A DNA stretch of 63,587 nt from a virus. The stretch covers positions 1 to 63,587 of IMG/VR virus record IMGVR_UViG_3300031730_000004; one strand, given 5' to 3'. Below the pieces are notes generated by a model. The model was not told where the DNA came from, did not search any database, and was given only the letters and a program-made list of their open reading frames with translations. Numbering within the stretch: position 1 is the first letter of the stretch; each line of letters begins with the position of its first letter. Positions 17,347 through 26,675 of the stretch are shown here, one piece after another. Made by a program: the position numbers and the translations under genes.

Positions 17347-17862
17347 TTAACTCCGTTTGATGTTGAGACGACTGAAGTGAGAAATCGACAGCCCCGGTGG
17401 CAACTGCCCCTGGTGCTGGTCCATGTACTGCTTGACGGCGTCCTTGGTGACGTTGAAGGTCATCATAGCTCCGCCGCCCCAGTCCGGCTGATCCCAATTA
17501 TCCAACATCCAGTCCAGGATCGGCTCGCGCTGCTCGATCTTGAAATTCGTGATGTTCGAGATGTAAGCCGTCCCGGCGTCGGTGCGCGTGGAGTCGGCCT
17601 GCCGCTCGGCCAGTCGCCGGAATAGCTCGTCCTCGATCTCCTTGAGCTTTGCCTTGTGCGGGGCGCTCCACTCCGCGAGCTTTGCCGCTGCGGCTTTCAG
17701 GTTGTCCTCGATCTTGAAGTTCTCGGAGATCAGTTCCTCGTCGGTGCCTTGTGGGCGGTCGGGGGGAGGGTTGTTGTGGCCGGCGCGAGCCGGTGAGGCA
17801 TCATCACCGACATCCCGTTCGTTGGTGAGTTGCACGGCTTGGGTTTTCTTGCGAGGGGGCAT
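17347..17862 (-). CDS. Hypothetical coiled-coil protein (171 aa); Gp157/Gam-like placement is speculative
   Basis: N-terminal GHNNPPPD, then a helical K/E/A-rich segment. Lies inside the recombination/replication module. Confidence 0.4.
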   Translation of the reverse strand: MPPRKKTQAVQLTNERDVGDDASPARAGHNNPPPDRPQGTDEELISENFKIEDNLKAAAAKLAEWSAPHKAKLKEIEDELFRRLAERQADSTRTDAGTAYISNITNFKIEQREPILDWMLDNWDQPDWGGGAMMTFNVTKDAVKQYMDQHQGQLPPGLSISHFSRLNIKRS

Positions 17863-18038
17863 TAGATGTCCAACAATGTGATTGATTCATCCGAACCGGG
17901 AAGACGGTATTCCCTACGATGCCCAGGGCCTCTGCATTCGTACCAAGAAAGCCACACCATGTCTTCACGCTCGTTAATGCGAGTCGGGAATAAGGCAAAC
18001 CGGTACTTCCACTCATCGGTTGTGCTTTTGAGCAGCAT
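17862..18038 (-). CDS. Hypothetical protein (58 aa)
   Basis: Own translation: MLLKSTTDEWKYRFALFPTRINEREDMVWLSWYECRGPGHRREYRLPGSDESITLLDI. AAGGAGG RBS. Preferred over track ORFs 17804..18061 and 17866..18063. Confidence 0.5.
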   Translation of the reverse strand: MLLKSTTDEWKYRFALFPTRINEREDMVWLSWYECRGPGHRREYRLPGSDESITLLDI

Positions 18039-18152
18039 TTTAATTTCCTCCTTAAAACCATGATGCCGGGGCTTTTGTCACCCCGGCGGGTTCATGGCGG
18101 GCTCCTGTGTTGCATTTTTGCGGCTATAAACCGACTTCAGTGTTCGTAATTT

Positions 18153-19748
18153 CTACGAACTTCCGATGATTGTCAAGAGCGATCCTTGCAAGGACAAATT
18201 ATTTTCCAGTCGCCGGAAAATCTCGATCTCCAGCGGGTTCGACACGATCTGCACCACGTTCACCGGAAACTTCTGCCCGGGCCGATGCGCGCGGCGGTTA
18301 GCCTGGGCGTAGAGCTCGGCCTTATCAGTGGTTCCATACCAGATCACGGTGCGCGCCATGAACAGGTCGAGGCCGTGCGCCATGGTGCCGGGGTCGGCGA
18401 TGATGTCGTCAAGGTCGCCCTCCTGGAACGCGGCGAAAATGCGGGATCGGTCCTTCTGGCTGACGTTGCCATTGACGATCTCGACCTTCCGTCTGGTCTG
18501 CAGCTCCCGCTTCAGCATCTCGACCACCGACGTCAGGGGCGCGAATATCAGGGTCTTACCGGGCGCCTCGTCGAGGATCTCGTGCAGCGCGGCTATGCGG
18601 GGCTTGGCGTCGGTCTGGTGGACCTTGTGCTCGCTGTCATACACAGCGCCGAGTGAGATCTGAATAAACTTCTGGCGCGCGGCTGCTTCGTTCACAGCAC
18701 TCACCGCGGTGCCCGACGCCATGGTCACCTGCAGGTCACGCTTCAGTGTCTTCATCATGCGGTTCTGATCGGGCGTCAGTTCCACCGACCGCTGCTGGGT
18801 CACGCACTCCGGACCGTCCCAGATGTCGTGCAAATCATAGCGAATAGAAGGACTTAAAAGTGCGGCCGCTTTTTCATATCCGTCCTTTTTCGGCACCCAC
18901 TTGAACGAGTTCGGCTGCACCTGAAACATGGTGTCCAGCTTGAAACCTGTCTTCGATTTGCCGAAGGCGTTGTTCACCAGCTTGGCCAGGCCGTAGGCAT
19001 CGGTCGGAGCATTGGGTGTAGGTGTTCCTGTGAGAAGCCATAGATAATCTCGCTTTCCGAGAACCTCACGGGCAATCTTGTGCCTGAGAGTTCCGGGATC
19101 CTTATAAGCGGACGCTTCGTCGATAACACAGAGCCGAATGTCATTCCGCTTTGCGAGTTCTTCGGAAAAACCCCCCAGCAAAAATGTTCTTCGGGTGTGA
19201 GCGCCGGTACCAACGCCGTCAAAGTTGATGATGTAGAAATCAGCGTCTCGCGCGAGTCCCTCGGACCGTTTTGCCGGAGTGCCGTGGAGGATTTCAAACG
19301 TGCGACGTCCGAGGAAATTCTTGAAGATGGCGGAAGCCCAGACCCGCTCAAGGGTGGATAGCGGCGCCACCACAAGAGCGCGAAATGTTCCGGGAGCATG
19401 TTGCCTCATCAGGTAGTCGGCCGCCCACAGCGTCGACAGCGTTTTCATGGTGCCCATGTCGGACAGATTGAAGCAGCGCCGGTGCAACATCATGAAGTTT
19501 GCCATCACCAGCTGGTGAGGCAAGGGCTTGAACGGCGGGGCGATCGGAAAGTCGTAATTCTGGGCGGTGATGATCGGCGGAATCGGGTAGTTGTAGTAGG
19601 CAGCGACCTGCAAATTCGCCAGCGTCTTGGGAAAGCAGAAATAGTGCCCGTTGACCGGCTTGAGGTCGGGGATGTATTGCGCGAGCGCGCCGGGCTGGCC
19701 CGGGTAAATTATGATATCGCGGGATTCGTCGAGCCAGAAGGAGGTCAT
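18153..19748 (-). CDS. SNF2-family DNA helicase/translocase
   Basis: LVVAPLSTLERVW, DEASAYK, LLTGTPTPN and QANRRAHRPGQ are SNF2 motifs I-VI. Confidence 0.85.
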   Translation of the reverse strand: MTSFWLDESRDIIIYPGQPGALAQYIPDLKPVNGHYFCFPKTLANLQVAAYYNYPIPPIITAQNYDFPIAPPFKPLPHQLVMANFMMLHRRCFNLSDMGTMKTLSTLWAADYLMRQHAPGTFRALVVAPLSTLERVWASAIFKNFLGRRTFEILHGTPAKRSEGLARDADFYIINFDGVGTGAHTRRTFLLGGFSEELAKRNDIRLCVIDEASAYKDPGTLRHKIAREVLGKRDYLWLLTGTPTPNAPTDAYGLAKLVNNAFGKSKTGFKLDTMFQVQPNSFKWVPKKDGYEKAAALLSPSIRYDLHDIWDGPECVTQQRSVELTPDQNRMMKTLKRDLQVTMASGTAVSAVNEAAARQKFIQISLGAVYDSEHKVHQTDAKPRIAALHEILDEAPGKTLIFAPLTSVVEMLKRELQTRRKVEIVNGNVSQKDRSRIFAAFQEGDLDDIIADPGTMAHGLDLFMARTVIWYGTTDKAELYAQANRRAHRPGQKFPVNVVQIVSNPLEIEIFRRLENNLSLQGSLLTIIGSS

Positions 19749-19957
19749 AACTTTTCGACTAAACGCCGAACATGTGGCCCGCGAATGATCTTACATTCGA
19801 AATCCTCGTCACGCGCCGCCAGAATCTTTTCCGCTTCATCTTTCTGGTGTCTTGCCATTTCGCGCGTTTTTTCGATGATCTCAGCGCGAGTCAAGCGCCC
19901 CCATTCGTCCAGTCCGCCGACGCCTTTGAGATGACAACTTGTCAGTATGTCGCTCAC
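19745..19957 (-). CDS. Hypothetical protein (70 aa, GTG start)
   Basis: GTGA overlap with the VRR-NUC stop; ATGA overlap with the SNF2 start. Confidence 0.4.
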   Translation of the reverse strand: MSDILTSCHLKGVGGLDEWGRLTRAEIIEKTREMARHQKDEAEKILAARDEDFECKIIRGPHVRRLVEKL

Positions 19958-20265
19958 ACCACGATCCCCCTCGCCGCCAGCCACTCGGTCAACGCCCGAA
20001 TCACGACCTCGGCGGTGCCGGCTACGGCGTGCCCGCCGGCTTCCCGCACCTCCTTCATCCGCCGGTACTGGATCGCCGTCGGCTCCTTGTCCGGCCGCTT
20101 CACCTCGACGTTCCAGAACGCCCCGTCGAGGCACAGCGCGTAGTCGCCGGCGCCGGACTTGCCGAAGCCCATCGTGATCGTCTTGATGACATATACGCGG
20201 GTCGGGCCGAGTGCCTTCAGGAAGGCATCGATTGCCGCTTTTTCGTAGGATTCAGGGCCTTTCAT
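19954..20265 (-). CDS. VRR-NUC domain nuclease
   Basis: GAGDYALCLDGAFWNVEVKRP gives a D...EVK PD-(D/E)xK core. Typical pairing with an SNF2 helicase. Internal ATG (MKGPESY) chosen because of the ATGA overlap. Confidence 0.7.
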   Translation of the reverse strand: MKGPESYEKAAIDAFLKALGPTRVYVIKTITMGFGKSGAGDYALCLDGAFWNVEVKRPDKEPTAIQYRRMKEVREAGGHAVAGTAEVVIRALTEWLAARGIVV

Positions 20266-20978
20266 GCCTGCCTCTTCGGATTGTTCTCGCAGTCCAAAAC
20301 GCCACACCATCCGCACAGCGGGTTCTTGGTCTTCGGCCACTCGCCCGATGCCATGCAGTCCTCGATGACCTCGACCTTGTTGTTGATTTTGACCCACGTC
20401 GCGTTAAAGTCGGAGAGGTCATGCGGCCCGCCGATCCGGTTCTCTTTCAACCATGCATAATGACCGGCAACCTTGGTGATCGCCGGGATCGCGGCCTTCA
20501 ACGTCAGCGCTTGGATCTCAAGTTCGAACGGGTCTTCGTATTTCGAATTGCCCGTTTTGAAATCCGAGATGAACACGTTGACGCCGTTGAGCATGGTGAC
20601 GTCGATCTTGCAACGCAGCCAGACGTCTTTGTCGAAGAAGCCGGTCGGTTTGCAGTCCTTGGTGATGCCGGTCTTTTTCTCCGACTTTGCCTTCCGATCG
20701 ACATAGGCCGAAACGATCGGCTCCCAGTGCATCATGTCCTGCGGCAGCGGCTTGCCGCCGATCCGCAATTCCATCGCCTCGTGGACCTTGTTGCCGTAGT
20801 CGATTTCCGGCGTCTTGTCGAACGGCAGGTCGCGCTTCACGTACTGCCGGAAGCACTTGTACAGGCAAGTGTCCGCCGTTTTCAGCAGGGTGTAGGAGTA
20901 CACGATTGGCTTGAATGGCTGCACGGGCGCTCCTGCGCGGCGATCGAGAAACGGCGGGATGTCGGGGAAATCAGTCAC
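20262..20978 (-). CDS. Cas4/RecB-like PD-(D/E)XK exonuclease with a Cys cluster
   Basis: IDVTML...ISDFKTG core. Cys pattern CLYKC near the N-terminus and CGWCGVLDC at the C-terminus, the Cas4-type Fe-S arrangement. Confidence 0.75.
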   Translation of the reverse strand: MTDFPDIPPFLDRRAGAPVQPFKPIVYSYTLLKTADTCLYKCFRQYVKRDLPFDKTPEIDYGNKVHEAMELRIGGKPLPQDMMHWEPIVSAYVDRKAKSEKKTGITKDCKPTGFFDKDVWLRCKIDVTMLNGVNVFISDFKTGNSKYEDPFELEIQALTLKAAIPAITKVAGHYAWLKENRIGGPHDLSDFNATWVKINNKVEVIEDCMASGEWPKTKNPLCGWCGVLDCENNPKRQA

Positions 20979-21246
20979 GACGGTTACCTTGGTGTGATGT
21001 TAAAGCTAGTCGTTGTCGAAGTCGCCACGGGCAACGGCTTGATCGAAAGTCAAACTGCTCTGATAGAAAAACGGAATTGAATTGAGCCAGCAGATCATCC
21101 GGATCAAAGCCTTCTGATCGCAGGAAGGCGTCCAGCTCTGCGCCGTGCATGCCCTTGACGGCATCCTCGAATCCTTCGCCACAAGCTCGGCAATACTCGC
21201 CATCGGGGAGATCATTGCCATGGGCACACAAAATGCATCCGCTCAT
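20971..21246 (-). CDS. Small zinc-ribbon-like protein (91 aa)
   Basis: CILCAHG...YCRACGEG (CxxC...CxxC). Confidence 0.45.
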   Translation of the reverse strand: MSGCILCAHGNDLPDGEYCRACGEGFEDAVKGMHGAELDAFLRSEGFDPDDLLAQFNSVFLSEQFDFRSSRCPWRLRQRLALTSHQGNRRD

Positions 21247-21261
21247 TGCCCTACCTGTCTA

Positions 21262-21447
21262 TTAAGGAGCATCGCTCGACTCAATCCATCCGCAGCATCG
21301 ACCCTCGATTTGGTCTGCGGGATTGCAATTCGGCCATGCGCAATTCTTCGGTTTGTGCAGACGCTCTTTCTCCTGCTCGACTTGAAGATCGTGGAACATC
21401 TCGCTCATTCCAGGCCCGGTGTCCTGCGATGGGAAGCCTCGTGACAT
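21262..21447 (-). CDS. Hypothetical protein (61 aa)
   Basis: ORF in the operon frame; Cys-rich C-terminus. Confidence 0.4.
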   Translation of the reverse strand: MSRGFPSQDTGPGMSEMFHDLQVEQEKERLHKPKNCAWPNCNPADQIEGRCCGWIESSDAP

Positions 21448-21486
21448 CTTGATCTCCTGTTGGCTGTGACGACGCGATAATGAAAG

Positions 21487-21621
21487 CTACGAGGCGTCGA
21501 TCTCCGTCACCAGCGTCTCGACTGCCGTCTCGAGGTCGTCAACGAGATCCGACAGTATCGTGCCGGGCATGTCGCGGTGCTTCTCGATCAGGTCCTTGAG
21601 CTCCTGGGCGAAGGTGTTCAT
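21487..21621 (-). CDS. Hypothetical acidic protein (44 aa)
   Basis: Own translation: MNTFAQELKDLIEKHRDMPGTILSDLVDDLETAVETLVTEIDAS. ATGA overlap with the upstream stop. Confidence 0.35.
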   Translation of the reverse strand: MNTFAQELKDLIEKHRDMPGTILSDLVDDLETAVETLVTEIDAS

Positions 21622-21950
21622 TTCAGGCATTCCAAAACTGGCCCACGCTCGTGCGGCGCCAGCTCTTTCAGAATCTCATTGCAGCGATCGTAAACGCTGA
21701 CGATCGTCTTAGCGCTGGACGATGCCACTGCCTCGACCTTCGGCTTGCCAAGAGCACCCGGCGGCCGTCCGCGGCGCTTGGCAACCCGGCGCTTCTTCGG
21801 AACCGCTTTTTCACGCGAAAGTTGACGCTTACGTTCCAGGAAAGAAACGCTCTTGGCCTTCTTGGTCGGCTTCCGGCGCGGCTTCTTCACCGGCTTCGGA
21901 TCTTCGAACATCGGCGGGGGCGGCTCGAAGTCAGGGATTTGATCGTTCAT
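21618..21950 (-). CDS. Basic protein with an AT-hook-like motif (110 aa)
   Basis: KKPRRKPTKKAK and KRRGRPPG (GRP core). Confidence 0.45.
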   Translation of the reverse strand: MNDQIPDFEPPPPMFEDPKPVKKPRRKPTKKAKSVSFLERKRQLSREKAVPKKRRVAKRRGRPPGALGKPKVEAVASSSAKTIVSVYDRCNEILKELAPHERGPVLECLK

Positions 21951-22275
21951 CTGATATCTCCTTGGGGTTCACGGTATCGACGATCGCACCGACAATGCTC
22001 ATCGGCGCCCCGTCGTCGTCACGGGTGATCGAATGCTTGAGATCCGGCAAGTTAACACCGTGCTGCAGGGCCAAACTCATCAGGATTGCACTGTCGCGGC
22101 ACACCGCGTCGAGTTGTTGTCCAAGCTTGGCAGCACTTTTGTCGCGAATACGGTTGATGAAAATCTCGCCAAATCGCCCATCTTCGTAGAAGCCGGTGGT
22201 GACGTCATAGCGCTCACCCTGAAATTCAAGGGTGAAACTGACGGACGAACGGCGATTCGGGAGATTACTTCTCAT
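21931..22275 (-). CDS. TSCPD-domain-like protein (114 aa)
   Basis: GRFGEIFINRIRDKSAAKLGQQLDAVCRDSAILMSLALQHGVNLPDL resembles the TSCPD domain found at the C-terminus of class II ribonucleotide reductases. GGGAGA RBS before ATG 22275. Confidence 0.5.
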   Translation of the reverse strand: MRSNLPNRRSSVSFTLEFQGERYDVTTGFYEDGRFGEIFINRIRDKSAAKLGQQLDAVCRDSAILMSLALQHGVNLPDLKHSITRDDDGAPMSIVGAIVDTVNPKEISDERSNP

Positions 22276-24175
22276 AACATTCTCCCAGTGCCCCGTCGGC
22301 ATCGAGCGGCAAACCCGGCAACCAAGTGGGCGTCAGACGCATCTCGTCCAGACACAATTGCAGCATTTCCTCCTCACGCCCATCGCGAGGGATCAGCAAC
22401 AGTAGCTCATCGTAAGGCCAGTTCAAAGTACGAATGCCATATTTTTTCTTGATGCGGATCATGGCCTGCGAGACGATCACCGTCTCGATGCCTTCGCACA
22501 AATTCTGCAACAATTTCGACCCCCAGATGAAGCGCCAGCCGTCGCGCTTCTTGACACGCCAGCCGGTCTTCTGGATTTTGTCCTCGGGCTGCGCCATGTG
22601 GTACTCGATGGTGTCGTAGATCATCGGCCGGCCCTGAATATAAATCCGGTGATTCTCGATGTGCACGGGACCGTAATCAATGGGATCGCCGCCGGCCAAT
22701 CGCGCCAGCATCCGCTCGCATTGCGCCCAGTAGCCGGTGCCGCGGGCGCAGATCGATGGGTTGTCCTGTCGATACATGGCAACGAACCGGTCGGCCTCAT
22801 CCAGCGTCATGTCCACGCGCGGGCCGTAAGTGCCGGAGGCAGCGGTTGCCTTGAACTGCTTGCCGGACGCGCCGAAGCCGCACATCAAGCGGCCCTGCTT
22901 GCCCATGCCTCGCATCGCGGTCATCTCGTCGTAGCGAGGATCGCCGGTTTTCGGCTTATAGACCTCCATCTGGTAAAATTTCGAGGCGATATCGACGTAG
23001 GGATCCTCGCCGCGCCTGAACTTCTGGATCACCGGCTCATCAGCGCCACCCGCCAAGTAATGCGCGATCCGGCATTCGAGCTGCGACGAGTCTACCGGGG
23101 CCAGATAGTATCCCTGCGGCGCCTTGATTGCGCGTCGAATAGGTGAACCACGTTTAAAGTTGAGCCAGTTCGTTCCGCCGCCGCCAGACGGTCGTAGCGT
23201 TCCAGCTCCAGCGTAATGCAGGTAAACCGGAGCAGGTCCTCGACTAGCCACCCAGCCCAGGGTTTCGCTGCGGGTTTGCAGGAGGGTCGATTTCTCCGCG
23301 AGACGCGCTTCCGCCAGCGCACGAACGCGCGGGTTGTCGTGCTCACGCAGGTAATCCCGCATAAAGGGGTCGTTCTTGGCGATGGCTGGGATGTCACCGT
23401 TCTTGCCTTCCTTGTATTCGATCTCGATGCCCTCGGCTTCGAGTAACTCACAAAAGCGCTTGGATGATTGCAGGTCGCTGGACGCCACGCCGAGCGCTTC
23501 GTTGCCCTCGATCTTGCGCTTGGCTTCCGATTCCCACAGAGCGGCCAAGGTGCCGGTGTCGAGTTCAAGTACGGGATCGGTGAACATCTTGACGACCGAA
23601 TCGACGACATCGAGTTCGGAAACCGGAAAGCCGCGCTTCAGCAGCATCCCGAACAGCTTCCAGATCGACTCGACCTCGTCGCAGGCGCCCTCGCCGACCT
23701 GGCGCTGGACGTCCGGCGTCATCTGGTGCCAGTACTTGCCTTCGAACAAATTATATGGTGTGAATTTCTTTGATAGGCCGAACTGCTCCCGCACGCTGTC
23801 GAGGCTGACACTGATGTGATTGCCCAGCATCAGGCGGGCCATCGACAGCGTGCAGCCGGCCATCGCCGGGATCACTCCGTAGTGGTGCGAGAACGCCAGC
23901 TGATCGAACTGGGCGTGGTGGTTGACCATGAAGACGTCCGACCAGTCCTCGGTTTTCATGATGTGGTCGAGCTCGCGGGCGTCGTACCACACCGCAGAGG
24001 TGGCCGCCGACCACTTGAAGGCGCAGCCGTGGATCGACCAGCGAGGGTCGCGGACGTAGGACTCGGTGGTCATCGCCTTGATAGTGTAGGGGTTCGGTTC
24101 GCCATTGGGTTTATTGTCCCCGCGCAAATTTTTAGGGTCGTAGAAACACTCCAGGTCCGCGACAACGAGGCGCAT
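22265..24175 (-). CDS. Family A DNA polymerase with a 3'-5' exonuclease domain
   Basis: VADLECFYD (Exo I), NHHAQFDQLAF (Exo), VDSSQLECRIAHYLAG (motif A), RGMGKQGRLMCGFGASG (motif B) and PYDELLLLIP (motif C). Start MRLVV at 24175 chosen (TAATG overlap). Confidence 0.85.
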   Translation of the reverse strand: MRLVVADLECFYDPKNLRGDNKPNGEPNPYTIKAMTTESYVRDPRWSIHGCAFKWSAATSAVWYDARELDHIMKTEDWSDVFMVNHHAQFDQLAFSHHYGVIPAMAGCTLSMARLMLGNHISVSLDSVREQFGLSKKFTPYNLFEGKYWHQMTPDVQRQVGEGACDEVESIWKLFGMLLKRGFPVSELDVVDSVVKMFTDPVLELDTGTLAALWESEAKRKIEGNEALGVASSDLQSSKRFCELLEAEGIEIEYKEGKNGDIPAIAKNDPFMRDYLREHDNPRVRALAEARLAEKSTLLQTRSETLGWVASRGPAPVYLHYAGAGTLRPSGGGGTNWLNFKRGSPIRRAIKAPQGYYLAPVDSSQLECRIAHYLAGGADEPVIQKFRRGEDPYVDIASKFYQMEVYKPKTGDPRYDEMTAMRGMGKQGRLMCGFGASGKQFKATAASGTYGPRVDMTLDEADRFVAMYRQDNPSICARGTGYWAQCERMLARLAGGDPIDYGPVHIENHRIYIQGRPMIYDTIEYHMAQPEDKIQKTGWRVKKRDGWRFIWGSKLLQNLCEGIETVIVSQAMIRIKKKYGIRTLNWPYDELLLLIPRDGREEEMLQLCLDEMRLTPTWLPGLPLDADGALGECYEK

Positions 24176-24369
24176 TACACTTCCTTCGCTGTCAAGCACC
24201 CAACACACCAATCAATATCGCGCTGAGACATTTTTGGGTGTCGTTGGCGCGCAGCTTTGAGTTTGGCCGCATTCTTATCAGGCGCTTCCACAACGCCATA
24301 ATCTTCGACATCAGGGCGGCCTTCCATCCCTGTGGCAAGATAGTAATAGGTGACATGCCAGCGTTTCAT
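24175..24369 (-). CDS. Hypothetical protein (64 aa)
   Basis: ORF abutting the polymerase. Confidence 0.45.
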   Translation of the reverse strand: MKRWHVTYYYLATGMEGRPDVEDYGVVEAPDKNAAKLKAARQRHPKMSQRDIDWCVGCLTAKEV

Positions 24370-24693
24370 TTAGTTCGCCGCCTGCTTCATGATCTGGGCA
24401 ATGATCGACAACAGCACGTCGTCCCGATCGGCAATCTCCTCATCGGCGAACGCCAGAAACGGAATCTTCATCAGGTAATTCGGATGCGTCAGGTGGTCGG
24501 CCGGCGTCCGCCAGACCAGAATCCGCCGTCGGTCCTTGTTGTGGGGACCGAGGGATCTAAATTGCAATTCCGATTCGCTCAGCAGGTGCACGGAGCGCTG
24601 CTTGTCGCGGTACGGAGCCGGGCCTCCGGGCAAGCGGATTCGGGCTTGCCGGTCGGGGTGCTGATGGAAGAACTGGGCGTCGATGTCGGTCAC
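24370..24693 (-). CDS. Hypothetical protein (107 aa)
   Basis: ORF with contiguous operon packing. Confidence 0.45.
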   Translation of the reverse strand: MTDIDAQFFHQHPDRQARIRLPGGPAPYRDKQRSVHLLSESELQFRSLGPHNKDRRRILVWRTPADHLTHPNYLMKIPFLAFADEEIADRDDVLLSIIAQIMKQAAN

Positions 24694-24869
24694 CGCGGCA
24701 ACTTCCCTGTCTTCTTGAATTCCACGATTTCATCAGCCCTTTGCCCGGTGACGCCGTTCATCCAAAGGCCAATGCGCAGAAGCCCTTCATCGATCATTGG
24801 GAAAACGAAGACAGCCGCGATCAAAAAGACCGGACCAAGAACGATCGTCCACAAAAAACCATCGCTCAT
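24690..24869 (-). CDS. Small membrane protein (59 aa)
   Basis: MSDGFLWTIVLGPVFLIAAVFVFPMI; ATGA overlap upstream. Confidence 0.4.
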   Translation of the reverse strand: MSDGFLWTIVLGPVFLIAAVFVFPMIDEGLLRIGLWMNGVTGQRADEIVEFKKTGKLPR

Positions 24870-25582
24870 CTCACCATCTCCCTCATCTGATCTATATAGA
24901 AGGTACAAGTTAAAGTGGCCTCACCGTTGTGATTCCAGCAGGTTTCACCGGGCAAAGGCGTATAGTCCATTTCCCGCTGGACGAGACAAGGCGAATTATC
25001 GCCGGTCTTGATGTGCTGATCGACGCACTTTTCCAACGGACTTCTTGGTTCTGCATCCGGCCCTCGAATAACCGAGCATTTCCATGGTCCATCTATCTCG
25101 GGATGTTTCGATAGACCACACTCCAGCGAGTCCTTCGGGTACAAAAGCGTCCATTTGTGCGGCGGTATAATACCGTTTGGCGCAACACTGCCGCTCACCG
25201 TCGAAAACCCGCACCATTCGGCTACCTTGCTGACGTCTAAGTCAAAATAGGTGCCGGCCTTGATTGCAACTGTGTTAGGCGGGAAACACTCAATATCATC
25301 GCGCGTCATAATGCGGGTGATTACGGGCGGATGCGCCCAATTGTTGTAAACGCTGTAGCATGCCGCTAGCACCAGTAGCGCCACCAGCAGCGCCATCAGG
25401 AGCATCGCGCCAACCATCACACCGATAGCCGTCGCTTGCAGGAAGTCTGTCAAAAATTCTGCGACCTGTGGCCACCATCCGCGCCGTACCGGCTCCTCAT
25501 CATCGAACAGCCCCTGCTCGTGTGCCTCTTGCAAAGTCATGTGTTGCCGGTGTTCGTCTAGAATTATGGGTTTGTCGGTCAC
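24866..25582 (-). CDS. Membrane-anchored Cys-rich early protein (238 aa)
   Basis: TM segment AIGVMVGAMLLMALLVALLVLAACY, followed by a ~160-aa domain with 8 Cys; low-GC patch. Confidence 0.5.
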   Translation of the reverse strand: MTDKPIILDEHRQHMTLQEAHEQGLFDDEEPVRRGWWPQVAEFLTDFLQATAIGVMVGAMLLMALLVALLVLAACYSVYNNWAHPPVITRIMTRDDIECFPPNTVAIKAGTYFDLDVSKVAEWCGFSTVSGSVAPNGIIPPHKWTLLYPKDSLECGLSKHPEIDGPWKCSVIRGPDAEPRSPLEKCVDQHIKTGDNSPCLVQREMDYTPLPGETCWNHNGEATLTCTFYIDQMREMVR

Positions 25583-25992
25583 TTCACCATCTCCCTCGTC
25601 CGCGCCACGATCGACTTGGTCCAGTTCTTCAGCGCCACACCGACGTCCTCGGCGGTCGCCTCGGACGACGCCCGCGCCAACTCGACCATCATGGCGGCGA
25701 TCCGCTCGGCATCGGCCCGGAAGCGGTCCCGAGTGTGGGTCTGCGCCTGAGCGACCATGGCGCCCAGCACGTTGTCGAACTCGGTATCGAGGTCGTTGGC
25801 CGCGGCGCGTCCCGCTGGCGAGATCACGTTGTTGAAGTGGCCAGTAGGATCGCCCGGGTGGCGCTCGCGGACCAGCAGGCCCTTGAGAACGAGACTCTCG
25901 ACCGGCTCCTTCCAGCGACCGATGGGCATCAGGCGCTCGCCCTTGGCGGCGATCAGCAGGACGGTCTGCTCGTCGGTTGTGAGGTCAGTCAT
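25579..25992 (-). CDS. Hypothetical protein (137 aa)
   Basis: Internal ATG (MTDLTTDEQ) of track ORF 25579..26244 chosen. It leaves the next gene upstream a coherent frame. Confidence 0.45.
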   Translation of the reverse strand: MTDLTTDEQTVLLIAAKGERLMPIGRWKEPVESLVLKGLLVRERHPGDPTGHFNNVISPAGRAAANDLDTEFDNVLGAMVAQAQTHTRDRFRADAERIAAMMVELARASSEATAEDVGVALKNWTKSIVARTREMVK

Positions 25993-26272
25993 CAAGCGCC
26001 TCCTGCGCACGGATTGCGTTTCGATAAGCAATTTCGCCGGGACGTATTCCGCTGCGACGTTTGACGCCTGATCGGAGGCGTTTCTGGGGTGGCATTTTCT
26101 TCGATTCAACCCACGCAAGGAAATAAATATTGGCTTCGCGCCACGAAGCAAAACCGCGAGTGGCAAGCCGCCCGTTGACGAACACAACGTATTCTTCGGT
26201 GTCGACGGTGACCGGCGTCTTCGATATCCGAAGCAGCCCGACACCGTGCATGACGCGCCCGCCCTTCACCAT
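25985..26272 (-). CDS. Hypothetical protein (95 aa)
   Basis: MVKGGRVMHGV... inside track ORF 25985..26506; overlaps the upstream stop by 7 nt. Confidence 0.4.
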   Translation of the reverse strand: MVKGGRVMHGVGLLRISKTPVTVDTEEYVVFVNGRLATRGFASWREANIYFLAWVESKKMPPQKRLRSGVKRRSGIRPGEIAYRNAIRAQEALDD

Positions 26273-26496
26273 TCGAACACCCTCCCCGTCCGCAGTTGCG
26301 CCGCGGCGCCGGCACAAGCCATCCGATAGCGCTGCCAAGTCCATTCCGAGTGCTCCTCGCCGGCCTTGGTGTTGCGCGAGCCCTGCTCGAACTTGCGGAT
26401 CGCCGGCACCGAGTAGCCGGTCAGGTCCGCCAGCTGCCCGAGGGTGAGCTTGCGGGCGAGGCGCCAGGCCTTGGCTGATTCGTGGGGTTTGCTCAC
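26266..26496 (-). CDS. XRE/Cro-type HTH transcriptional regulator (76 aa)
   Basis: LARKLTLGQLADLTGYSVPAIRKFEQG is a classic XRE helix-turn-helix. Confidence 0.65.
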   Translation of the reverse strand: MSKPHESAKAWRLARKLTLGQLADLTGYSVPAIRKFEQGSRNTKAGEEHSEWTWQRYRMACAGAAAQLRTGRVFEW

Positions 26497-26675
26497 GTTC
26501 CCTCATATGCAGCGAGGTGAAATTTCAATCGTGCGATCGTCTTGTCGATGCTGGCTTCGGTGATGCTCAGAATCATGTTGGCCATCAGCTGGCACATCAG
26601 ATCCATGGCCAACGGTCCGTCAGCGGGCAGTGCCTTCAGAATCATTTCCTGAATATCGGCTTCAATGGTTTTCAT
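26493..26675 (-). CDS. Hypothetical protein (60 aa)
   Basis: GGAGGGGAAG RBS before ATG 26675 (MKTIEADIQEM...). Confidence 0.4.
   Translation of the reverse strand: MKTIEADIQEMILKALPADGPLAMDLMCQLMANMILSITEASIDKTIARLKFHLAAYEGT

Noticed and set aside
17804-18063. Track ORFs 17804..18061 (-) and 17866..18063 (+)
   Set aside because: A third frame (17862-18038, minus) has a perfect AAGGAGG RBS, a plausible sequence and TAATG-type coupling to the next gene. The two track ORFs lack these.
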